NCBI GenBank assembly: GCA_032718475.1
Contig: JAUCBJ010001053.1
Location: 1 to 34,505, forward strand
Length of the DNA: 34,505 nt
Direction of reading: 5' to 3'
Source: Nemertoderma westbladi
Lineage: Eukaryota; Animalia; Xenacoelomorpha
The notes beneath the pieces are model-generated. The model had not been told where the DNA came from and ran no database searches. It was given only the letters and a program-made list of their open reading frames with translations. Both the position numbers and the translations under genes were made by a program. This document shows, piece by piece, positions 24,313-34,505 of this stretch (position 1 is its first letter; each line of letters starts with the position of its first letter).

Positions 24313-25020
24313 GGGTGTCATAAGTGACACCGCAGCTCTTTTATTCATTAATACTTATTTATTTATATTTAATTTTAATTAATTATTTGCATTTTATTTT
24401 ATTCGTATTTATTCATTTGTACTTTATTTTAAATTAATTAATTGTATATATTACTTTTACTTTATACATTGATTTCTATTTTTAGATTAATTAGTTTTTA
24501 TATTACCAACGAGATCACTATGACATAATGTCTATTTTTAACTTTATAATGGCTATGGTATACGGCTCCCTACTGGCAACTATCAACTGCGTTCATCGGC
24601 GGGGGGCCCCTCCTCTGTCCTCATTATTCATTAACTAGATACAACAGGCAGTGAATCTACACGTATACCCCCCAGGCAAATATAAATGAGCGATCCCGTC
24701 TGTTAGCAGCCCCATCGATGACTCACTAATAATCCCACCGCGGCCTTGACTACAGCAAATCCGTATATCGCTCAAGGCTAATGCTCCAGCGGCCCTCCTT
24801 TGTTCTCGGCATAGCCGGCATCGCTTGGGTCCTTTCCTATATCCAGGCAGCCCATATCATAACAATGAAGCGCCACTAATCACGCATTCCTCTCTACTAA
24901 TCCCTTTTCTTTGCACCAGACCTGCTTCTGTTATACAGTCAACTCAACATAATTAGTCAAGATGCTTACAAGAGTTTTCTAATAGATTCATCAACACGAG
25001 AAGTTGCCTTGGTAACCGCT

Positions 25021-25150
25021 TTTGCGCGAACAGCCAATCAGCGGGCTTCATTTCTGCTGCTGCGCTCTGATTGGCTCATTTAAGAGACAAGGGCCTCCCC
25101 TACTAACCGAATTGCTATTTAATACATCCCCACTAATATATTAGGTCATT
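25021..25150 (+). promoter_or_regulatory. Putative Pol II promoter of the pPolB transcription unit
   Basis: E2F-like TTTGCGCGAA (25021-25030); inverted pair of CCAAT boxes (25034-25038, 25070-25074); TATTTAA (25116-25122); Inr-like TCATT 30 bp later (25146-25150). Confidence 0.55.
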
Positions 25151-25273
25151 ATTTCAATTGCAAGTTACGATTAACATCATTTACCATTATTTTGTTTTCG
25201 AATTTAATATTATTTATTTAAGAATATTTATTTGTTATCATCAGTCAACAACCCACTTATATAGTTGTATTAT

Positions 25274-26515
25274 TATCATTTCGCCGCGTTATCGCTCATC
25301 GTCGACAACAAACTTTCCGTGTATCCGTCGCGTAATATTCTTCCGATACCATTCCCTTCTATCGGTAAATAAACTCTCTCGTCGTCCATGTCAACCAACT
25401 TCCTCATCGCCAACAAACTTCCAAACTTCTTCTTTCCGTGAATATTTACTAATACCGTAAGTAAAATCTGCCTTCCACCATCTGACGGTACTATCGATGC
25501 CGCTAGCAAACAATTTACATTTAATGTCTACCGGTACAACAGTATTGCAGTAAGCTCATTATTAATTACTGTCAGACTGCGGTGGTACCGATAGCCTAAA
25601 CCGTGATCGAAGCATTCGATCAATAGGCTTACATCCGCCTATCTGCTTACAGTATTTTTTATCTTTTTACAAATAATCAACTTATTTTTCTAGTATCATT
25701 TCGCCGCGCTATCGCTCATTGTCGACAACAAACTTTCCGCGATTCCGTTCTTTTGGTAAATAAATTCTCTCATCGTCCACGTCAACCAACTTCTTCACAA
25801 ACTTCCTCTTTCCGTGAATATTTACTAATACCGTAATTTAAAACTGCCTTCCACCATCTCCATCGACGCCACTAGCAAACAATTTACATTTAATGTCTAC
25901 CGGTACAACAGTATTGCAGTAGGCTCATTATTAATTACTGTCAGACTGCGGTGGTACCGATAGCCTAAACCGTGATCGAAGCATTCGATCAATAGGCCTA
26001 CATCTGTCTATCTGCTTGTCTACCCAACTACCGGTACCGCATCATTCGAGTTAGCCTAGATCCTACTGAACAACAATGATTACTGCAGTTTTCACTATAT
26101 ATCCTACTGACTAACTGAGGAGATCTCACACAGCGATTAGCTAGGCCTATCGTTGATTTCTATTGGTTAACGCTACCGGTACGTCTGACTTCTAGCAGAC
26201 TATGTCACTAGCACTACTGCACTGACTGTTGACTGCTGTTTATAGACCCTCTTTCCACGAATAATAACTGCCATCGCTATTGTGTCTTGGTTATCGCCAC
26301 TATCTGACCGCTGGTACACTAACACTACCACACTAGACACTGCCGACTGTCTACATTATGTTTCACTGACTGATTGCTACAATACAGCAATAGGCCTAAC
26401 TGTACAAACACAGTATTGTTGCCTAGTAACCAATTAATACCTACTGTTTTACTTTATTTTTAGCAAGTATACAGTATTTTTTATTTTTTTACGAATAATC
26501 AACTTATTTTTCTAG
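25274..26515 (+). repeat. Tandem duplication of a non-coding exon/intron-like leader unit (25274-25693 and 25694-26515)
   Basis: Both units start TATCATTTCGCCGCG and end AATAATCAACTTATTTTTCTAG (acceptor-like AG at 25692-25693 and 26514-26515). The second has an extra ~450 bp. Donor-like GTAAGT at 25457 and GTAAGC at 25550. Confidence 0.8.
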
Positions 26516-26522
26516 ATTCAAG

Positions 26523-29500
26523 ATGCCTATGTCTACCAATAAAGTTAGCTGTCCCATCTGCGACAAAGAGATGCGGAGTGATAATCTAAAATCACATATT
26601 AAAATTCATTTCGCGCAATATAGATGCGACTGCTGCCCGACTTGGTCTTCGGAAAAGAAGACGCTGGTTGGCCATCTTGTTTCGTGTCCTCAGGGGGGAA
26701 CAGGATTTAGTTACGTAAACGAGCCAGCCGATTGCCGCTGCGGGGATTCGCTCACCCTATCTTCCTTTACTGAGCATGAATGCTATACTCGACTTTTTTC
26801 GCGGAAACGCAAAACTCCGACTACCTCCCACTCATCCCCCATCAACTCTACTCCAGAACAAGTCGGCGGCGGCGGCTCCAATAACGAACCTTCAACTTCG
26901 CGAGATTCTATTTCCCCAAACAATCCATTTCAACCACCCTCTAACGGAAGCGCACACGGACGACTGTTTACCTATAACAACGACCTCGCAGAAACAAGAC
27001 TCGACGCAGAATTAACATTAAATGAAAATTTTCCACACATTCAAGAACACGTTAGTAGCCATTTACGTAGTGCCATGGGAACCTTTTTAAGAGTCTGGCT
27101 TACAATCAACATCGTAATGGAGCGTGAAACCAGCGAGGGATTTCAAATTGAATCTTTCTGTTTTAAATCTAGCGGTAACAATAATCAAATTCTGAATAAT
27201 AGCGACTTTAATAACTGGTTTTCTGGCGCCGTCAATCGTATCGATCAACTGTTAAGCGTGTTTCTCTGCCTCGGCTCGGGTTGGCGCATAATAGCCATCG
27301 AGCGAATAACTATTGAGATTGCGCGGTCCCAACGCAACCCCTATTTAAAGGGTCAAGGGTTCAATAATTCTAAATTATTATTAAATAAAAAATGTACCGT
27401 AAGCGTAGACTGCCCGCTGGGGGAATGCTTTAAATACGCAGTATTGGCCGCCGCAAATTATAAGAAAATTGATAGAAAACAAAATAATATTACTAGAATT
27501 TCAACGTATACTCCTTTCCTAAACATGTTTGATTTTTCCAATTTAAGTTTCCCGGTGGACAGAGTAACTGGTATTCCCCAGTTTCTGAAAGCCAACCCTA
27601 TATACTGTATAAACCTTCTTTATTGGAGTAATACGGAAGAACTCTCCATCCTAAGTCAACCAGATAGCGCGCACTGCTCCGGTAAAACTGTACTAAACTT
27701 ATTATTTATCGAAGGCACAAGCAAAAACCCCGCCCACTACGTAGCTATTACTAACATAGATAGACTAATAAATTCAAAAGATTCTAACGGTAACAAGACG
27801 CACTGCGAACGCTGTCTCAGAGGCTTTTACACTGACAAATCATTGGAAGAACATCGAGAGCGTTGCTATACTGGTAAACGCCAACTCGAGTATATGCCCG
27901 AAAATCTCTTGGTTAAATTTGATAGGTATGATAAGACTCTATCCCCGCCTTTCTGTATATACGCCGACATTGAAACTATTCTAGAACCTACAAACAATAT
28001 TAAACTCCCACAGAAACATATAGCTAGCGCGGCAGCCTTTTATACAGTACCAAATCAAAAATTAATTAACCCTCCTAAAACAGATGTTCAAATTTTCCGC
28101 GACGATGGCAGTAACCACGTAATGCGCGACTTTCTAACCGCTATGGAAAGTCATTGTAGGGAGTTATACGATTGGTCCATTTCTAGTACAAACACACACG
28201 CCCCCATGCAACTCACTACTAGCCAACAAACTGACTTTAATAACGCTACACAATGCTCCGTCTGCAACTGTAATTTAACCCCTGATTCTCATAATTTAAA
28301 CCTCAATGACAATCTCAGCACCAAAGTCCGCGATCACGATCATTATAGCGGGGAGTAGCGGGGGGCTGCTTGCGTCAGCTGCAACAGGAAACTTTCCCTA
28401 AAACGGAATAATTTTTATATTATATTTCATAACCTGAGGAAATTCGATATGCATTTACTACTAAAAGAAGGAATGACCGATAGTTCTAGAACACACTGGA
28501 AAATGACCGTAATACCAAAAAACACCGAAACTTATATTCACCTTAAAGTTAGCTTTCCAATCGATCCGAGTACCCCAACAGCCAACGCTAAAGAAAGTAT
28601 CTCCATTAATTTTCTAGATTCCTATCAATTTATGACTGCCAGCCTAGATAATCTTAGTAGCTATCTCACTAAAAATAACAGTAACCTAGCAACAGCCATA
28701 CCTCATACACTAGCTCAAATGACCCAACTCTATCCCAACATTAGCGATAACACAATAAAAAACAAGGGTGTATTCCCATATTCCTACATTCAAAATATTT
28801 CAAACCTACACGAAACTACACTCCCCCCACTAGAAAGCTTCTATAATGATCTCAAATTGGAACAATGTAGCGCAGACAACTATCAGCGCGCGCTTACTAC
28901 TTGGGATGAATTAAACTGCACAACAATCTTTGACTATATGATTGGCTATTTGGTTCTAGATGTTACCCTATTGGCTGATACTTTCGAGCAGTTCCGATCC
29001 CTCTGTCTTACTAATTATGGACTCGAGCCCGTAATGTACTTCACTGCCCCTGGATTAACTTACGACGCAGCGCTGAAATTCACGCAATCAGAAATTCAAT
29101 TACTATCAGACGCTTCCATCTACTCGGACTTTGAAACAAATATTAGGGGTGGTCTAGTTTTCTTGAATACACATTCCGTAGACGCAAATATCCCCGATAA
29201 ACCCGACTATGACTCCAGTCTCCCCGAGAAATATCTAATTCCCATCGATGCGAATAACCTTTACGGCTGCGCCCTGAGCCAGAAACTTCCCTACGCTAAT
29301 ATTAAACTCGTAACTACCCCCATAGACCTAGCTACAGTAGACGCGAGTGGGGATACTGGTTATTATTGCATAGTTGATCTACATTACCCGAAAGAAATTC
29401 ATGATTTGACCGCCGATCTGCCTCTAGGAGCGGAGAAGATGTCAGTCCCTAAATCCTTTCTTAGCGAATACATGGAAGATCTTTGGGAGCATTACAATCT

Positions 29501-30575
29501 CACCGATACGGCTACCTGTAGACCATACAACGATACCTGTACTAAGCTACTACTACATCAGTTTAATAAGGTTGAATACGGTATCCATATTAAGCTACTT
29601 CAACTCTATTTGAAGCTCGGTCTTAAACTTACACAAGTTCACAGGGTCTACTCTTTCTCACAAAAATATATTTTCAAGGACTACATTAGTTTTAATACGA
29701 ATAAAAGACAGTCGGCAAATAACCCATTCGAGGTCCTATTTTATAAGTTGATGAACAATGCCTTGTATGGGAAATGCCTCCAAAAGGTTAGAGACCGCGT
29801 TTCTTTCAGGTTATGCAATAGCGACGAACAATGCGATTTGCTCTTAGCCAAGCCCAATCACGAATCGTTTGTTGTCTTTACCCCCAACTTGAGTGGTCAT
29901 ACTTTCACTAAAGAGGCTGTTTGCCTAAATCAGGGCGTGTTCATCGGTTGCACTATACTAGATCTATCTAAGCTACAGATGTACGACCTATTTTACAACA
30001 AACTGAAGCCTCTAGAACAAAAACTGGATTGTCAGATTCGCTGTCTAGCCGGTGACACGGATTCTCTAATGCTAAGCGTAACTAATGCACCACAGCTAAC
30101 CTTTCTACGGGCAATGTTTGAGGGTGGTTTCCTAGATACTTCCAACTACAGTACAACACATCCACTCTATACCATTAAACACAAAGCGGCTCTCGGCTTC
30201 GTAAAAGATGAGAGCTGCGGTTTGCAGTATAAACAGTGGGTTCTCCTTAAACCAAAGGTCTACAGTTTTCAATCCTATGATGCCCCAATTAAGAAAACCG
30301 CCAAAGGAGTATCTAGATCGGTTGTCGCTAAGCAACTAGCACACGAGGATTATGCAGACTGTTTTGAAAACGAGGCAATGCTCTTCCGCTATAACTCTAC
30401 CTTCACTTCTAGAAAGCATCAAATTTTTACTGGTCATGTCTATAAGAAGGCACTAACGCTCTGGGATACGAAATCATATTGGAGTAGTAAATATAGCAGC
30501 AAACCATACGGACACTATAGCACTAAGCTTGTTAGACCGGCGAAACGAGTAGTAATCCCCCCTACTAGGATTTAA
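26523..30575 (+). pseudogene. polB: Protein-primed family-B DNA polymerase (Polinton/adintovirus type) with N-terminal C2H2 zinc finger and endonuclease VII-like insert; one in-frame TAG at 28356-28358
   Basis: The 611-aa and 708-aa ORFs share a frame and are joined by *RGAACVSCNRKLSLKRNNFYIIFHNLRKFD. Motifs: CPICDKEMRSDNLKSHIKIH, GSGW, CFKYAV, HYVAI, CERC, ExoI YADIET, CSVC..DHDHYSGE*RGAACVSCN, ExoII FHNLRKFD, FLDSYQFM, KGVFPYSY, A DANNLYG, B KLMNNALYGK, C GDTDS, KPKVY, KTAKGV. Confidence 0.93.
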
Positions 30576-30589
30576 TTTTATTTTACTAG

Positions 30590-31105
30590 AATAAGAAATT
30601 GAACAACAAAATAGAAATAACCAATAAACAGTTTACCGGAAAAAACATTGCCAAATTTGAACTAGATAAAATTTCACAGCAAATTACAGGTCAAAGTTGC
30701 TTAAAACCAAACATGTTTATCTACAAAGGTGACGATTCAACTATAATGCTATTTCCCAGTGGCGCAGTAACAATTGTAGGCCTGTGCAATAATTTAGCTA
30801 GTGAATTGCTTTATTTAAAACAAACTATCGGGATGCAATTACAAAATTTGAAACTTAATACCGAAACACGAACTATTATTTTTCCAAGTGTTAATTTTAA
30901 ATTATTAATGAAAAAATGTGGACATCATACAATTAATAATAAAGCAATATTTATTAGCTATACCCCCGAATTATTTTGCGCGATTAGAATATATATAGGA
31001 CGTGCATATTTCAGTGTATTTCATAGTAATAAAATCGTTTCCATGTGTCCAGCCGGTGAATTCCCTGAATCATTATCTATTTTACAAACTTTATTATTAA
31101 ATTAG
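30590..31105 (+). CDS. Divergent TATA-binding-protein (TBP)-like protein, probably expressed through a splice acceptor at 30588-30589
   Basis: ~170 aa with two TBP-like half-repeats: ...KPNMFIYKGDDSTIMLFPSGAVTIVG (cf. TBP TALIFSSGKMVCTG) and ISYTPELFCAIRIYIGRAYFSVFHSNKIVSM (cf. SYEPELFPGLIYR..LIFVSGKVVLTG). No ATG at the ORF start; preceded by TTTTATTTTACTAG. Confidence 0.75.
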   Translation, partial: NKKLNNKIEITNKQFTGKNIAKFELDKISQQITGQSCLKPNMFIYKGDDSTIMLFPSGAVTIVGLCNNLASELLYLKQTIGMQLQNLKLNTETRTIIFPSVNFKLLMKKCGHHTINNKAIFISYTPELFCAIRIYIGRAYFSVFHSNKIVSMCPAGEFPESLSILQTLLLN

Positions 31106-31144
31106 TTTATTTACTATGGTATACATGAAAGTTTACTATATTAT

Positions 31145-31945
31145 TTATTTTGTGTTGGTTTTTATTTTTCCGTGAGTAGGGTTTGAATCCGTGACCATCC
31201 GTGTTACCCACTTTTTATAATTGCATTAGTAGGACTCGAACCCTGGTTTAACTTATTTTGTGTTGGTTTTATAATGGTCGCAAGTAGGGCTTGAACCCGT
31301 GACCTTCTGTTTATTTTCCATAAAACGGGATACGAGAAGGGGTCGAACCTGCGAGCATATATTTTTCCTATTTTGTGTTTAGTTTAGGTACTCTAATTAT
31401 TCTATGTTTACTTTTTATATTTTCATGATTAGGATTCGAACCCTGGTTTATCTTATTTTGTGTTGGATTTATAATGGTCGCGAGTAGGGATTGAACCTAT
31501 GACCTCCTGTTTATTTTCCATAAAACGGGATACGAGTAGGGATTGAGCCCGTGACCTTCTGTTTTTCCTATTTTATGTTTAGTTTAGTTACTCTAGTTAT
31601 TCTATGTTTACTTTTTATATTTTCATGATTAGGATTCGAACCCTGGTTTAACTTATTTTGTGTTGGATTTATAATGGTCGCGAGTAGGGATTGAACCCGT
31701 GACCTTCTGTTTTTCCTAATTTATGTTTAGTTTAGTTACTCTAGTTATTCTATGTTTACTTTTTATATTTTCATGATTAGGATTCGAACCCTGGTTTAAC
31801 TTATTTTGTGTTGGATTTATAATGGTCGCGAGTAGGGATTGAACCTATGACCTCCTGTTTATTTTCCATAAAACTGGATACGAGTAGGGATTGAGCCCGT
31901 GACCTTCTGTTTTTCCTATTTTGTGTTTAGTTTAGTTACTCTATG
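31145..31945 (-). repeat. Higher-order tandem array (~200-bp period, three sub-units) with 12 tRNA T-arm/B-box-like motifs
   Basis: Minus-strand GGTTCGA(A/G)TCC near 31231, 31431, 31631, 31779; AGGTCA(C/T)(G/A)GGTTCAA(T/G)CCCTACT(C/T)GCGACCA near 31275, 31475, 31675, 31823; related motifs near 31176, 31336, 31536, 31884; AT-rich spacers. Confidence 0.88.
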
Positions 31946-32292
31946 TTAAAGTGAATTTTCATATTATATTTATGTTAAATTATAAATTTATGTTACAATT
32001 ATTATTTATATTATAAAAACAGAAATATTCGAGTTATATTGCATTATATATTTTACATTGAAGTGGAATACTTTAGATGTTGGGGGACTCTGGTTTGCGA
32101 GGGATATTTGAATGGTGAGTATAACTATCCTTGAGAGCTAGTGCAACGCTATCTCACTATGGATGGGCTTTACCACTGTACTCGCATTTGCTCTCCCATT
32201 GGCTGCTCGATGCCTCCGATTAAGGGTCTACGACCTTCAAGCTGATTATTTGCTTAGTTTTCTAATTGGAGGGATGTGAGTTTGGACAAAAG

Positions 32293-32383
32293 AATTGGGA
32301 TTACAATCAGAGATGTGAGGCAAAGGTGGCTTCTACTGCTTGCCTTGCCATTTGCCCATCGCCTTATAAGTTAATAATAAAAG
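32293..32383 (+). repeat. Dispersed repeat R, copy 3 (partial)
   Basis: Near-identical to 19199-19290. Confidence 0.88.
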
Positions 32384-33069
32384 GTAACAAGCTGGCAAGC
32401 CTGGAAGGTTCACGGTCCTCCTACTTAATCAGTACAATAATAATACGTTTTCGTTCGGGTAGGCCTATGTTTCCTTTTCACTTGTTCCCATCGTAGGCGA
32501 CCTCATGCTCCTGTGCTCATCCCACCACGACCACGACCACCAGTTACGAGTTGGGTAGGCGTCTACCGGCAACCGGTAAGTAATTACGCGCCACACGACG
32601 TCATCCCGCCATCCGCCAACATTTATACTGGTACGGTAAGCCTACCACCTACCGGCTGGCTACCATCGCACCGTAGGTCTACCGCCTACGCCTACCGGTC
32701 AACCGGTAACGGTAGGCTACCGCGTACCGGTACAGCGGTACTCAAAGTCGTACCGGTATTGTCGTAATTGACAAATGCAGGATTAAACCGTAACCCGTTC
32801 CAGTACCGGTACCATATGCATCTGAACGACTGGACGGTTAATCTCATAGCATAGCTGCATAGGCCTACTGGTAGTCAGTGCGAAGTCGCCTGCGAACATG
32901 GCGAAATATTATATTTACTGCTAGGGCTAGGCTAGGACCTACTGCTGTACTGACCTATGACAGTATGAAGATAGGCAGATAGGCCTACAGTGGTCAGGTA
33001 GTACCGGTCCGGTATGCCTACTACAGGCAGACAATCAGACAGTACTAGCAGTGCTAATTAATTACCTTA

Positions 33070-33455
33070 ATTAAATCTTCAATTAGGTCATAATGTAGGT
33101 CCAAATTTAAAAATCGGCCTCCGTTAATCGATTTACAAATAATTCAGGTACCTCCATGCCAAATATCAGAATCATTCATTGCGTTCCCTATGACAAGATA
33201 GCTTTTTCCTAAACCATGCGAAAACACGCAAATATAGCGCTCACATCGCACAAATACCATCTCGACACCCAATTTTTTGTATGAGCCTTCGCCATCCCTA
33301 TATCTAACTTTTGTCCAAATTTTGTTTCGATTGATTAATAAATAACTGAGATATCGCTCTGGACACACACACACACACACACACACACTAACACACACAC
33401 ACACACACATTACGGTAATAATGGTCACCTATGTCAAGGACCGTGAACCAATAAT
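33070..33455 (+). mobile_element. Probable Helentron-associated (HINE/DINE-1-like) non-autonomous element with (CA)n microsatellite
   Basis: CCAAATTTT...TGAGATATCG followed by (CA)n (33363-33409), a short imperfect 3' stem-loop and AATAA; 5' boundary uncertain. Confidence 0.45.
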
Positions 33456-34505
33456 CTGTAAAACACTACACTAGTAGGCTTAATTATAAGGACATATATC
33501 CGTTAACTAAACATAACTAAACATAACTAAACATAACATACCATACCTAATCAAACAACCTGTGCATACTTTTATATTGTTATACTGCTATTTACTGTCA
33601 GTTCTTCATAATATGGTTGATGAATTATTATATTTGGAATAACGATAAATAACTCCGAAAACCCAATATTCTTGATATACCGAAGGTAAGAGAGAAAGGT
33701 TACATATAACGATTGTGACTTATGTTAAAGTGGTTTGAAGTGAATCTAATGTTATTTGATAGACCCTACATGATTCGGTCCGTGTTCCTTTTATATGTGA
33801 CTAAAGTCAGTGAAGATCGGCAGATCAGTGTGCAGTATTGTGCAGCATTGTGTATGAGTGAGACTGATAACGAAGCATTTCCTAAAGAATGCGCCATATA
33901 TGTGAATTGTAACTAAGCCATATCGTTGTGAGTAGTTTAAGTCATAACTCTGTTTATAGATAGAGCGCCACGTCCTAAAGGAACTGTTAATATTCCCCGA
34001 AGGTGAATAATATTGTCAGAGATTATATAATACTGTCAGTCGAATAATACATTAGGCTTACATAGCAATACGATTAAGCCGTCAAACCCAATCTCCCGGG
34101 TATATCCAGCGGGTGAATGATCGCGCACCGATTGGTTTCGACTAGTGTAGTGAATCAAATATTTGTCAGAGGCTAAAAGTGATTTATTATCTAGAAGACA
34201 TCCTAATTTGGCGGGTTAAACTGCCAAAGGTCTGAAAGCGCGAACAATAACGGATATTTAGTCTGTATTGCAGTGTAGGCATTAAATACAGTTTAATATT
34301 GTTCTGGTAAGAACAATAATGGATATAGCTTCTGTATTGCAGTAGGCAATAAAGCTGAAGTACCGGCAACCGGTACCCAGTAGGCCTGACTACCTAACCA
34401 CCCGGACCGGTACCTACAGCAGTACAGGTACAGCAGTATTATTCGATTTTGATAATTATATACCGGTAGGCCTTAATAATTAATCAGGGACGGCCGCCCT
34501 GGTTT

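Larger units (their letters stand above)
23997..31945 (+). mobile_element. Polinton/Maverick (adintovirus)-like endogenous element, partial or reduced
   Basis: AGTAGTAG start, structured terminal region, pPolB with EndoVII-like insert, TBP-like ORF and B-box array. Right boundary approximate; no right TIR or integrase/capsid genes seen. Confidence 0.75.

Noticed and set aside
26523-30575. Two separate genes (611 aa and 708 aa)
   Set aside because: Same frame; the stop splits the EndoVII-like motif and the intervening 30 codons hold the ExoII motif, so it is one gene.
31145-31945. CRISPR array or tRNA gene cluster
   Set aside because: Spacers are themselves repeated, there are no cas genes and the context is eukaryotic; motifs lack 5' acceptor strand, D-arm and anticodon arm.
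23930-32383. Repeat R copies as the true TIRs of the pPolB element
   Set aside because: A third copy lies at 19199, the left copy is interrupted at AGTAGT, and no TSD flanks the pair.

Overview
AT-rich, repeat-dense animal genomic DNA (probably an invertebrate; taxon not determinable from sequence). Host genes: the last coding exon of a neurocalcin/hippocalcin-type calcium sensor (72-278, +) and an intronless 1080-aa type-I membrane protein (7024-10266, -) with TSP1-like, VWD/C8-like and repeated Ig-like modules. From ~11 to 24 kb is a transposon cluster: a Gypsy PBS+gag remnant, two 5'-truncated non-LTR retrotransposons, Harbinger- and piggyBac-type non-autonomous elements (nested and inverted), plus a hAT MITE at 4.9-5.3 kb. 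The most unusual part is ~24-32 kb, a Polinton/Maverick (adintovirus)-like element. It starts with AGTAGTAG and a ~300-bp hairpin, has a CCAAT/TATA promoter and an apparently spliced leader, and encodes a ~1350-codon protein-primed family-B polymerase with an endonuclease VII-like insert and one in-frame TAG. A divergent TBP-like ORF follows directly, then an ~800-bp array of 12 tRNA T-arm/Pol III B-box motifs. No integrase, capsid, ATPase, protease or right terminal repeat is visible. All family calls come from motif recognition by eye; no searches were run.
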